A DNA stretch of 64,000 bases. Origin: Minisyncoccia bacterium. Lineage in GTDB: Bacteria; Patescibacteriota; Minisyncoccia; SW-4-49-11. The position numbers were made by a program, and so were the translations under genes. The notes under the pieces were generated by a model that was not told where the DNA came from, made no database searches, and saw nothing but the letters and a program-made list of their open reading frames with translations. The stretch's first letter is position 1. The number at the start of each line of letters is the position of its first letter. Location: NCBI GenBank assembly GCA_044356725.1, contig JBIKVS010000002.1, positions 19,264 through 83,263 of the forward strand. Reading direction: 5' to 3'. Below are positions 50,092 to 58,614 of this stretch, piece by piece.

Positions 50092-52968
50092 CTATTCCAA
50101 AACTGTAATCTGGACTGAGATTTGTTCCTGTTCGAATTTGAAAGTATGAGTATTGGCTGATTCGTCTAAATTACCAAAAACCCATTCTACTACTCCAACT
50201 GGCTGGCTGATAGTATCTTGATATTTATTGATTAAAGCTTGAATCTCTGTTGAAGCTTGTATTGCTAATCTAATATTCTGCTCTTTAGATAATTTGGAGT
50301 TCTTACGGGTAATTTGTAAGTTTCTGATTAACTCTCGGACTAGTCCTTCTTCTTTTAGTTCTGGAGTAATTGTATCATCTAAGCTCAAAGTAAGTCCCTG
50401 ATATTGAATTATATTATCTGAGACTTTTTGAGCTGAGACTTCTTTAACATTAATTTCAGTTTTGATAATCTCTTGCATCCAAGTCTCTAATTCTATACCC
50501 TCGACTCCCATTGCTTGTAATGGTTGTCTAACTTTGATGGCTGAGACTTCTCTTAATTTGAACCCTTGTTCTAGAATTCCTTTGACTTGCTCTACTTTTT
50601 CTAATAATTGGGTATCCACTTGTCCTGTATATTCTGGATATATACTTAGGTGAATGGACTCTACTGCCTCGGCATTTTGACTTACCACTAATTCCTGATA
50701 TAGATATTCTGTGATAAATGGAGCAAATGGAGCTAAGAGATGAATCAAAGTCACAAAATTATTATACAGCGATTGTAAAAATTCTATGTCGCCATTGGCA
50801 AAATCTGTACGAGCGGTGCGAATATACCATTTAGAGATATCCTCCATACAAGCTTTGATTTCTCTTGTAGCTTGTGGGATACGATAATTATCTAATGCCT
50901 GATTGACTTCCTTAACTGCTTGATTAACTCTAGTATATAGCCATTGATTTTTTGGATTTAATGGATTATGTTCTCCGCCTTGAGGTTTCCAATCACTGAC
51001 ATTAGCATAAGTTACCAAAAAGCTATACATATTCCAAAGTGGTAATAGGTATTCTTGAGTAATGATTTTGACTGTTTTAGCTGAGACTGTAGTGTCCTCT
51101 CCAGATGAAATTGGGGTGGAGAAAAAGTTTAACCGCAGAGCATCGGCTCCGAATTGGTCAATCAAATCAATTGGATTGGCATAATTTTTCTTACTCTTTG
51201 ATAGTTTTTGCCCGTCGTCAGCCAATACTAACCCATTTACAATTACACTTTTATAGCTTGGTTTATCGAATAAAGCCGTAGACAATGCTAATAATGAATA
51301 AAACCAACCTCTAGTCTGGTCTACTCCCTCAGCAATATATTCTGCTGGAAATTTGGACTCAAACAATTCCTTGTTCTCAAATGGATAGTGAAATCTAGCA
51401 AATGGCATCGCTCCAGAATCATACCAGACATCTAATACATCTGGAATTCGGTGATACTCTTCTCCGTCTATATTAAAGGTAATATCATCTACAAAGGGTC
51501 GATGCGGGTCATTAAGTTTAACCCCAGATAATTCCTCAAGCTCAGCGAATGAGCCTATAATTTTAGTTTTCCCTGATTCAGACTTCCAAACTGGCAAAGG
51601 AGTACCCCAATATCTGGTACGAGAAATTCCCCAATCTTTGACTTCTTTTAGCCAATTACCAAATCGCCCTTCTTTGATATGTTCAGGAATCCAATTGATA
51701 CTATTATTATTAAAAACTAATTTTTCTCTAAGAGTACTCATAGATACATACCAAGATGTAATTGGCTTATAAATTAAAGGGGTATTAGTCCGCCAACACA
51801 TTGGTAAATCATGCTCATAATCCTCTACTTTGAAGAGTTTATTAGCTTGTTTTAAGTCCTCAATTATATATTTATTAGCTTTGCGGTAAAACATACCAGC
51901 ATAATTAGGAATAGCATCAGTAAAATCTCCCTGATCATTAATAACATCCACCGATACTATACCTACCTTTTGGAAAATTTCATTATCCTCCGCACCATAA
52001 GGGGCGAGATGCACAATTCCAGTTCCTGAATCAGTAGTCACATAATCTCCTTCATAAATCACAAACGCATTTTCTTTACCCACAAAATAATCAAATAAAG
52101 GCTTATAGGTCTTGCCTAATAAATCCTGCCCCTTATATTCTGCGATTACCTCATATTCACTGCCGAAAACACTCTCCGCTAAGTCACGAGCTACAATATA
52201 TTGCTCTTCAGTGTTAGGAATTTTAACCTGAATATAGTCAATCTTACTATTCACAGCCAGAGCAAAGTTAGTCGGTAAAGTCCAAGGTGTAGTAGTCCAA
52301 GCTAATACAAAAACATTAGGGCTATCTGTTAGCTCAAATTTAATCGTCACGGCTGGATCGACTTGTTTTTTATATCCTCCAAGAGCCACTTCAGCATTAG
52401 ATAAAGTTGTCCCCGCTCGAGTGGAATATGGGACAACCTTGAAGCCTTCATAAAGTAGTCCTTTATTATATAATTCAGACAAGCTCCACCAAATAGATTC
52501 TATATAATTATCATCCATAGTGGCATATTCCTCATCGGAATTGGTGAGTCTTCCAATTTTATATTCAAGCTCAATAATTCCTTCTCGGTGTGCAGAGACA
52601 GACTCTCGGCAAAGTTGATTGAATTTATCGATACCATAGTCTTCTATGTCTTTTTTTTGTTGGAAACCTAATTTCTTCTCCACCTCATATTCTACTGGGA
52701 TACCCTGACAATCCCAACCAAGACTACGAGTTACTCGATATCCTTTCATAGTCCAATATCTTGGCATTATGTCTTTTAAAGCAAATGTTAGCATATGTCC
52801 AGCATGAGGTTCCCCATTAGCTGTAATTGGTCCATCATAAAAAGCTTTAGTCCTGTCAGCCGGTCTAGAATCTATAGATTTTTGTAGAATATTTTCAACT
52901 TTCCAAAACTCTAAAGTTTGTTTTTCTAACTCTGCAAAAGATACATTATAGGGTGGCTTGGTGAACAT
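50092..52968 (-). CDS. ileS: Isoleucyl-tRNA synthetase
   Basis: FYDGPITANGEPHAGHMLT matches the E. coli IleRS HIGH region, and GWDCQGIPVEYEVE matches GWDCHGLPIE. The KMSKS motif is GQKLSKSKKN, and WGISRTRYWGTPLPVW is present. It is 958 aa. Confidence 0.9.
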   Translation of the reverse strand: MFTKPPYNVSFAELEKQTLEFWKVENILQKSIDSRPADRTKAFYDGPITANGEPHAGHMLTFALKDIMPRYWTMKGYRVTRSLGWDCQGIPVEYEVEKKLGFQQKKDIEDYGIDKFNQLCRESVSAHREGIIELEYKIGRLTNSDEEYATMDDNYIESIWWSLSELYNKGLLYEGFKVVPYSTRAGTTLSNAEVALGGYKKQVDPAVTIKFELTDSPNVFVLAWTTTPWTLPTNFALAVNSKIDYIQVKIPNTEEQYIVARDLAESVFGSEYEVIAEYKGQDLLGKTYKPLFDYFVGKENAFVIYEGDYVTTDSGTGIVHLAPYGAEDNEIFQKVGIVSVDVINDQGDFTDAIPNYAGMFYRKANKYIIEDLKQANKLFKVEDYEHDLPMCWRTNTPLIYKPITSWYVSMSTLREKLVFNNNSINWIPEHIKEGRFGNWLKEVKDWGISRTRYWGTPLPVWKSESGKTKIIGSFAELEELSGVKLNDPHRPFVDDITFNIDGEEYHRIPDVLDVWYDSGAMPFARFHYPFENKELFESKFPAEYIAEGVDQTRGWFYSLLALSTALFDKPSYKSVIVNGLVLADDGQKLSKSKKNYANPIDLIDQFGADALRLNFFSTPISSGEDTTVSAKTVKIITQEYLLPLWNMYSFLVTYANVSDWKPQGGEHNPLNPKNQWLYTRVNQAVKEVNQALDNYRIPQATREIKACMEDISKWYIRTARTDFANGDIEFLQSLYNNFVTLIHLLAPFAPFITEYLYQELVVSQNAEAVESIHLSIYPEYTGQVDTQLLEKVEQVKGILEQGFKLREVSAIKVRQPLQAMGVEGIELETWMQEIIKTEINVKEVSAQKVSDNIIQYQGLTLSLDDTITPELKEEGLVRELIRNLQITRKNSKLSKEQNIRLAIQASTEIQALINKYQDTISQPVGVVEWVFGNLDESANTHTFKFEQEQISVQITVLE

Positions 52969-53387
52969 ATTATTTTATTATATAACTAATCTATTATTAA
53001 TATGTAGTGTAGCATAAGTCAGTATAGTATTCAAGATAAAAAAACCTAATCTTCTGTATTAGATATATATAATGTCTTTCGTGTTCTATAAATTTCTTTC
53101 GAACATTGTATCGTCAGATATACAGTGAGAAAAAATTTGATAGAACTACAGAAAGACCAGATACTAGGATACATATAATTTAACTTCCTTTTCAATTCAC
53201 CTAAAAAGGTATATAATATTTACAAGCCTTCAGAATGGGGTTGCGAAAAATTGAAGCCCACCTTGACTTACAGGGAAAAATATATTATTTTCCGATGTTT
53301 ATATAAAGGGATTCAGACGCAGTATAGCAATATACATCACCCCTGCATTGAGGGCTTTTTATATTGGGGAAAGAAAAAAGCCGACCA

Positions 53388-53420
53388 CTGGGTAGTCGGA
53401 AAGGAGTCTTTGTCTTGAGT
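53388..53420 (-). terminator. Rho-independent terminator on the minus strand, downstream of the small-ORF locus
   Basis: On the minus strand the sequence reads CCGACTACCCAGTGGTCGG followed by cttttttctt. Confidence 0.45.
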
Positions 53421-53431
53421 GATTAGGTAAA

Positions 53432-53617
53432 TTACCGATCTCTCCAATCTGGGATTACTGGTGCTTCGATTACTTCGCCACAATCGGCTTGATATAGCTT
53501 AGTTGCAGGAGGAAATGCATAGACATGTTTTTGTGGTTCTTCATTGGTTGGGTTACCAGTTGAACCAAAATTTTGCTCTTGATCCATCTCTTTGTTAGTT
53601 GATCGAACATTCCCCAT
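53432..53617 (-). CDS. Candidate small acidic protein (61 aa). Its start codon overlaps a consensus -10 box.
   Basis: ORF MGNVRSTNKEMDQEQNFGSTGNPTNEEPQK... A GGTGGAG SD-like element lies 8 nt upstream. A terminator follows. The composition is not AT-biased. No homology is evident. Confidence 0.25.
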   Translation of the reverse strand: MGNVRSTNKEMDQEQNFGSTGNPTNEEPQKHVYAFPPATKLYQADCGEVIEAPVIPDWRDR

Positions 53618-53643
53618 TATACTCCACCGAATAAATCTGTCAA
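53616..53643 (-). promoter_or_regulatory. Consensus sigma70 promoter copy B (TTGACA-16-TATAAT) on the minus strand
   Basis: The minus-strand sequence is TTGACAgatttattcggtggagTATAATggggaATG. The -35 is at 53638-53643 and the -10 is at 53616-53621. It sits inside a 50-bp direct repeat. Confidence 0.5.
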
Positions 53644-53841
53644 GCCTAATTGAGTTATTTCATCAATCAAACAAAATATTAGCCTGATTATAAATGGGTT
53701 GAATGAGTAAGCTACACTTTTATCTTTTGTCCTTGAAAGACTAGTTTCAAAATATGAGGATGTATGATATGGTTGTTTTATATTGTGTATTAGCTTTAAA
53801 ATAACATAAAATCTTAAGACTATCGTTTGATTTGGAACCAT
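53617..53841 (-). CDS. Candidate small protein (74 aa) downstream of a duplicated consensus promoter. It may equally be a non-coding leader.
   Basis: A GGAGA SD lies 10 nt upstream of the ATG at 53841. The translation is AT-biased (I/L/F/K-rich), so coding status is doubtful. Confidence 0.2.
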   Translation of the reverse strand: MVPNQTIVLRFYVILKLIHNIKQPYHTSSYFETSLSRTKDKSVAYSFNPFIIRLIFCLIDEITQLGLTDLFGGV

Positions 53842-53871
53842 TTTGAAAAATCTCCAATCAGAACATTCCCA

Positions 53872-53899
53872 ATTATACTCTCCTCAATAAATCTGTCAA
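53872..53899 (-). promoter_or_regulatory. Consensus sigma70 promoter copy A (TTGACA-16-TATAAT) on the minus strand
   Basis: The minus-strand sequence is TTGACAgatttattgaggagagTATAATtgggaATGTTCTGA. The -35 is at 53894-53899 and the -10 is at 53872-53877. This is the second copy of the 50-bp repeat, 256 bp from copy B. Confidence 0.5.
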
Positions 53900-53949
53900 G
53901 ACTAATTGAATTTTGTTTACTCTCAAGCTGTATGTTATAATAAAATTAT

Positions 53950-54498
53950 ATGAAAATAATACCAACCAAAATTCCAGATGTACTAATCATAGAACCTCAA
54001 GTTTTTAAAGATAGTCGAGGTTATTTTGTAGAAACCTATAATCAAGCTAAATTTGAAGCTAATGGTCTTAAATATAATTTTGTGCAAGATAATCAATCAT
54101 TTTCCCAGTATGGTACAATTCGGGGCTTACATTTTCAGACTGGAGAATATGCCCAAGCTAAATTAGTCCGAGCTATGCAAGGCACAGTGCTAGATGTAGT
54201 GGTGGACTTGAGGGAAAATTCTCATACTAAAGGTCAGTATGTAGCCGTAGAATTATCTGATACCAATTTCAGACAATTATTGATCCCGAGAGGGTTTGCT
54301 CATGGCTTTGCGGTATTATCAGAGACTGCAATCTTTGCCTATAAATGTGACAATATCTACCATAAAGACTCAGAGGCTGGTATTTTATACTCCGATACTG
54401 AACTACAGATTGACTGGCAAATACCAACGGACAAACAAATTATCTCGGACAAAGACCAAACTTGGCTAACATTACAAGAATATTTACAAAAAATATGA
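53950..54498 (+). CDS. rmlC: dTDP-4-dehydrorhamnose 3,5-epimerase
   Basis: 182 aa, cupin fold. The key motifs are DSRGYFVETY, IRGLHFQ, and RGFAHGFAVLSE. Confidence 0.85.
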   Translation: MKIIPTKIPDVLIIEPQVFKDSRGYFVETYNQAKFEANGLKYNFVQDNQSFSQYGTIRGLHFQTGEYAQAKLVRAMQGTVLDVVVDLRENSHTKGQYVAVELSDTNFRQLLIPRGFAHGFAVLSETAIFAYKCDNIYHKDSEAGILYSDTELQIDWQIPTDKQIISDKDQTWLTLQEYLQKI

Positions 54499-55331
54499 TA
54501 TTAATCACAGGAGCTAATGGACAATTAGGACAGACATTTAGAACTTTAATCTCCCCCAAGCAAGCTATTTTCAAAGGGAGAGAATTAGATATTACCAACT
54601 TTGAGCTAGTAGAAGATTTTATTGCTAAGCATTCTGTTACTGCAATTATCAATGCAGCCGCCTATACTGCGGTTGACTTAGCTGAGACTGAATCTGCTCT
54701 GGCATTTCATATTAATAGTTTTGGGGCTCGTAATCTTGCCTTAATTAGTCAGAAATTTGAAATTCCACTAATACATATATCAACCGACTATGTCTTTGAT
54801 GGGACAAATTATAAACCCTATGTTGAGACAGATATACCCAATCCAATTTCAACTTATGGTAAGTCCAAATTAGAGGGTGAAGAAGCCGTCTTAGAATTAG
54901 CCCACTCGGCTTATATAATTCGCACATCCTGGTTATATTCAGGTTTTGGAAAGAATTTCTTAACCAATATTACCAAATTAGCTCTGGAGCGAGAAAGTCT
55001 ATCGATTGTAGCTGACCAAATTGGAACTCCAACCTATGCTCAAGATTTAGCAGAAGTGATTTTAGAATTATTACCAAACTTAGAGGCAGGAACTAGACAA
55101 ATCCTACATTATTCCAATCAAGGCGTAGCATCTTGGTATGATTTTGCCTATGAAATTATCAATTTACAAAATATCGACTGCAAGCTCACACCAATACCAA
55201 CTACCAGCTACCCCACTCCTGCAGCTAGACCTTATTATTCTATTTTAGATAAAACCTTAATCTCTAGTTTACTCCAATCTCCAATTCCACACTGGAAAGA
55301 CAGTCTCAAAAGGAATCTTATACCTGAATAA
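54495..55331 (+). CDS. rmlD: dTDP-4-dehydrorhamnose reductase. The start is revised to the ATG overlapping the rmlC stop (ATGA).
   Basis: MILITGANGQLGQ is a Rossmann GxxGxxG. YVFDGTNYKPYVETD, the STDYVFDG motif, and a YxxxK-type motif STYGKSKLEGE are present. Confidence 0.8.
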   Translation: MILITGANGQLGQTFRTLISPKQAIFKGRELDITNFELVEDFIAKHSVTAIINAAAYTAVDLAETESALAFHINSFGARNLALISQKFEIPLIHISTDYVFDGTNYKPYVETDIPNPISTYGKSKLEGEEAVLELAHSAYIIRTSWLYSGFGKNFLTNITKLALERESLSIVADQIGTPTYAQDLAEVILELLPNLEAGTRQILHYSNQGVASWYDFAYEIINLQNIDCKLTPIPTTSYPTPAARPYYSILDKTLISSLLQSPIPHWKDSLKRNLIPE

Positions 55332-55854
55332 AGCTTTTTATTTGCTCTAATCTCTCTTCTACGCTGCCTCTTGCAATACAATATTGCTCTGGTTTCAACC
55401 ATAATTGAAGATGCTCTTCCAAAACTTGAGCTACTTGTTCTTGAGACTTTGGATGAGCTCTTAGATACTCTGGCTCAGCTGGGAATTCCACCGGCAAATA
55501 TATAATATAATCATATTGCAATAATCTCTCTCTAATTAAAGCTTTATACAAATCTAAATCTGTCTTGGACATAGAACTTGCCACCACGGCATAACCAAGA
55601 TAATCCAAAACCGATCTATCAGTAATAAATCCTTGCTCCCAGATTGAATTTTCTTTCTCTAATTGATTTAGTAATAAATGCTTTTGAAACACCGCCCGCA
55701 CATCAGTAGGCAATAATTCAAAATCACTAATACCATTATCCTCCCAGAAGTTCCTAACCGTTCTCTGTAAAAACTCTAGATTATATTCTTGAGCTAAAGG
55801 CTTTACTAAAGTGCTTTTACCAGTACCGTGAGCACCTGTGAGAATAATTTTCAT
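55318..55854 (-). CDS. P-loop NTPase (AAA_28 / NadR-C-terminal-like kinase family)
   Basis: Walker A MKIILTGAHGTGKSTLVKPLA. 178 aa. It overlaps rmlD convergently by 14 nt. Confidence 0.6.
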   Translation of the reverse strand: MKIILTGAHGTGKSTLVKPLAQEYNLEFLQRTVRNFWEDNGISDFELLPTDVRAVFQKHLLLNQLEKENSIWEQGFITDRSVLDYLGYAVVASSMSKTDLDLYKALIRERLLQYDYIIYLPVEFPAEPEYLRAHPKSQEQVAQVLEEHLQLWLKPEQYCIARGSVEERLEQIKSFIQV

Positions 55855-55896
55855 ATTTTTATGATATAATATTAATATAACTAAATTATAACATAT

Positions 55897-56796
55897 ATGA
55901 ATATTGGAATTATAGGACTAGGAAGAATGGGAATGGCAATTGCAAAAAGAGCTATTCAACACAATCACACTGTATCAGGGTTTGCACCTTCATTAGAAAC
56001 TAGAGAGTTAGCAGCCACTTTTGGAGTCACACCTTATGAGTCCATCCCTGAATTAGTAGCTAATCTACCCACACCCAGAACAGTTTGGTTAATGGTACCA
56101 GCTGGAGAAATCACCCGCTCTATAATCACTATTTTGGCCGAAATTTTAGAAACTGGCGACACCGTGATTGATGGAGGAAATAGTTATTTCAAAGATTCTC
56201 AAGCTCAAGCTGAATTATTAGAATCAAAATCAATTAATTTTATTGATGTTGGAACTAGTGGCGGACTGAAAGGAGAGCAAATTGGATTTTCTCTAATGAT
56301 AGGAGGACAAAGAGAACTCATGAATTCGTATAATTCCCTTTGGGAGGCTTTAGCAGCCCCTGAAGCTTATACCTATATTGGACCAGCTGGGTCAGGTCAC
56401 TTTGTCAAAATGGTACACAATGGAGTAGAGTACGGAATTATGCAAGCTATGGCAGAAGGTTTTGAGCTAGTCAAAAACGGTCCATATCCTAATCTAGACC
56501 TACAACAAGTCTCAAAAGTATGGAAAAACGGATCTATTATTCGGTCATTCTTAATGGACTTAGCCTATGATGCCTTCCAAAAAGATGCCAACCTAGATTC
56601 TTTAACCGACTATGTAGATGATAATGGAATGGGACGCTGGACCGTAGATACAGCTATTGAACATGCCGTACCCGCTCCAGTAATTACAGATGCTGTATTT
56701 GCAAGATTTAGGTCCAGACAAAATGAATCTTTTGCTGGTAAAGCTCTAGCCGCTCTTCGCAATGAATTTGGCGGACATGAAGTTAAAAAGAAATAG
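55897..56796 (+). CDS. 6-phosphogluconate dehydrogenase (decarboxylating), short YqeC/Gnd-like form
   Basis: NAD(P)-binding MNIGIIGLGRMGMAIA and the 6PGDH signature GSGHFVKMVHNGVEYGIMQAMAEGFEL. It is 299 aa. Confidence 0.8.
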   Translation: MNIGIIGLGRMGMAIAKRAIQHNHTVSGFAPSLETRELAATFGVTPYESIPELVANLPTPRTVWLMVPAGEITRSIITILAEILETGDTVIDGGNSYFKDSQAQAELLESKSINFIDVGTSGGLKGEQIGFSLMIGGQRELMNSYNSLWEALAAPEAYTYIGPAGSGHFVKMVHNGVEYGIMQAMAEGFELVKNGPYPNLDLQQVSKVWKNGSIIRSFLMDLAYDAFQKDANLDSLTDYVDDNGMGRWTVDTAIEHAVPAPVITDAVFARFRSRQNESFAGKALAALRNEFGGHEVKKK

Positions 56797-56825
56797 TTAT
56801 ATACTTTAACTTAATTAAAGAAAAG

Positions 56826-56857
56826 ACCCAGGAATTACCCTGGGTTTTATGGTCATA
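56826..56857. terminator. Bidirectional rho-independent terminator between convergent genes
   Basis: aaagaaaaga-CCCAGG-aattac-CCTGGG-ttttat. Confidence 0.6.
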
Positions 56858-56878
56858 GAATTTTATTCCTCACCTCTA

Positions 56879-57289
56879 TCAACCCTCTTGTGAATATAAC
56901 TTTATATATTTCTGCAAGGCTTGTTCAAGAATAGTAGGCTTGTCCAAGTTCTTCTTAACTACAACTTCTTGCCACCTTCTAACTAAATCTTCGCTCAATC
57001 CTATAATTTCCTTATCTCCCAATCTAGATTTCTTCTGAGACCTGAGTTGACGGATGAAGAACAAAGCTACTCTCTGTAGAAGACCCAGCTGATTATTTGT
57101 GTAATCCACAAAAATTGTCGCTCTATATAATTCTAAGTCACAATACTTATCTAAAGCATTTTCCAGAACTCTTTTCACACTCATGTTTTCCATAAGTGCT
57201 ATCTCTTCTATTACTCTCAGTAGCTCCTCCTCCAACCGAATTTCAAAATAACGTAAGGGTCTGATTTCAACCGAAAGAGCATTAGCCAT
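56879..57289 (-). CDS. Hypothetical protein with two tandem ribbon-helix-helix-like repeats (possible DNA-binding regulator or antitoxin-like)
   Basis: Repeat 1 is RYFEIRLEEELLRVIEEIALMENMSVKRVLENALDKY. Repeat 2 is IIGLSEDLVRRWQEVVVKKNLDKPTILEQALQKY. Both fit the beta-strand, helix A, helix B pattern of RHH folds. Confidence 0.45.
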   Translation of the reverse strand: MANALSVEIRPLRYFEIRLEEELLRVIEEIALMENMSVKRVLENALDKYCDLELYRATIFVDYTNNQLGLLQRVALFFIRQLRSQKKSRLGDKEIIGLSEDLVRRWQEVVVKKNLDKPTILEQALQKYIKLYSQEG

Positions 57290-57359
57290 GAGTAGACCTC
57301 ATTTTAGAGAACCACCTAGTTTATAGCATATATAGCCTTAGCTGTCAAAATAAATAAAT

Positions 57360-57902
57360 TTATTTACTATATTCCTTAATTAAACTATTATACTTTTTAT
57401 TCTGCTCGACAATATCTTTTAACTGTTCCTCACTCACAGGAAATTCAAAACAATCTTGAGTATAATTGTCTTTATTTTTACAATTATCTTTAACTTCGGT
57501 ATAAAAAGCAGCTTGACTTTCTGTTTGAGTAAAATCTTGAGTGCTAACAGTCAAGACTTCGACAGATTTACCAAAAGCCTCTGACAGGACTAGAATATAC
57601 TGCTTGCCTTCCTTTTGTCTACCTAATTTATATTCAGCCTGATTACAAGGCAAATCTTCTGAGCACTCTCTTAAAGTTATTTTTTTATCTCCTTGAGTTA
57701 ACTCACAAGCAACCCCAGTTAAATCTGTCTTGGCACATCCCTCTCCAGTTAAAGCAATTTTAATAATTTCAGTACGAGGACTAAAAAAAGCAAAGATAGC
57801 TGTCACTAATACAACCACTATAACCGCAATAGAATTACGCCATAATCTTTGCCTCCCTAGATTGGGAGTTGCTGCTGATGATAAATCTATTCGATCGGAC
57901 AT
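57360..57902 (-). CDS. Membrane-anchored Cys-rich hypothetical protein
   Basis: A single TM helix (IAVIVVVLVTAIFAFF) followed by an extracytoplasmic domain with 8 Cys. It overlaps the upstream glutaredoxin gene by 16 nt. Confidence 0.45.
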   Translation of the reverse strand: MSDRIDLSSAATPNLGRQRLWRNSIAVIVVVLVTAIFAFFSPRTEIIKIALTGEGCAKTDLTGVACELTQGDKKITLRECSEDLPCNQAEYKLGRQKEGKQYILVLSEAFGKSVEVLTVSTQDFTQTESQAAFYTEVKDNCKNKDNYTQDCFEFPVSEEQLKDIVEQNKKYNSLIKEYSK

Positions 57903-58174
57903 ACTTTAGGAGTATTATCTTCAGTTTTTTGCTCTGTTTTAGAGTAATTAGCATATAGATATTCTACAATAGCATCAGATTCATATAGCATAACTCCCTT
58001 TTCTTGGTCTACCAAAAATGGCACTTGAGGTTTATCCCCTAACTTCATCATCACTTCTCTCTGAGCTGAGCCGGTCTTTGAAATACGACAAATAAAGTCT
58101 AGCTCTAAGTCATTCAAAGCCACTCTTACTTTATGACAAAATGGACATTCTTCTCTTTGATATAATTCCAACAT
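57887..58174 (-). CDS. Glutaredoxin-family protein (CPFC)
   Basis: MLELYQREECPFCHKVRVAL carries an N-terminal CxxC in thioredoxin-fold context. It is 95 aa. Confidence 0.65.
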   Translation of the reverse strand: MLELYQREECPFCHKVRVALNDLELDFICRISKTGSAQREVMMKLGDKPQVPFLVDQEKGVMLYESDAIVEYLYANYSKTEQKTEDNTPKVCPIE

Positions 58175-58211
58175 ATATTTTTGATTAAGTTAATAATATA
58201 ATTATATTATA

Positions 58212-58245
58212 TCATAAAAAAGCCCGTGATGAAATACCACGAGCC
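58212..58245 (-). terminator. Rho-independent terminator on the minus strand
   Basis: On the minus strand the sequence reads GCTCGTGG-tatttca-TCACGGGC followed by ttttttatgat. Confidence 0.5.
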
Positions 58246-58261
58246 AGAAATGCTAGGTAAG

Positions 58262-58558
58262 CTATGTCCGTTTGGGACCAAAGCCTCTCCCATTAACACC
58301 CCCTGTAGAAATAGGAGGTTTGTTTTTTGGAGTATATCGTTTTTTCCTTTCTCTTGTTCTCATATTATCCCAAGCTTGGATATCGACTCCAACTACGAAT
58401 ACTTCCTCTTTTAGAGACACTTCTTCTATTTGAGATTGATGAGTTAAAGTGTTTAATACAATACGCATTCTGCATGTACAAGTATCAGATATACATGGTA
58501 CAATTACCCACTTTGAATTATTATGTGGCCTTATTGGAGGTGATAATAAAGCTGTCAT
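58262..58558 (-). CDS. Candidate small Cys-containing protein (98 aa)
   Basis: The ORF ends 20 nt before the minus-strand terminator. It contains CISDTCTC and a basic C-terminal tail. No homology is recognisable. The overlapping plus-strand ORFs look spurious. Confidence 0.3.
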   Translation of the reverse strand: MTALLSPPIRPHNNSKWVIVPCISDTCTCRMRIVLNTLTHQSQIEEVSLKEEVFVVGVDIQAWDNMRTRERKKRYTPKNKPPISTGGVNGRGFGPKRT

Positions 58559-58614
58559 TTTCTTAAAGCAGATTCATTTATTTATATAACACAATATAAA
58601 ACATTTGTCAACAT

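Noticed and set aside
52969-53260. T-box leader upstream of ileS, and likewise upstream of valS at 59831-59963
   Set aside because: No AGGGTGGNACCGCG-like T-box core or specifier-loop architecture was found on the transcribed strand of either leader.
53340-53385. Plus-strand terminator-like hairpin CCCT-gcattg-AGGG plus T-run
   Set aside because: The stem is only 4 bp, and no plus-strand gene lies upstream that would need terminating here.
58175-58614. RNase P RNA, SRP RNA, or tmRNA in the 440-bp gap upstream of the glutaredoxin gene
   Set aside because: No conserved cores were seen (GGAAAGTCCGG for RNase P, AGGAAGCAGC for SRP, GGGGCTGATTCTGGATTCGACGGG for tmRNA). The region is better explained by a candidate small ORF flanked by terminators. 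It should still be checked with Rfam.
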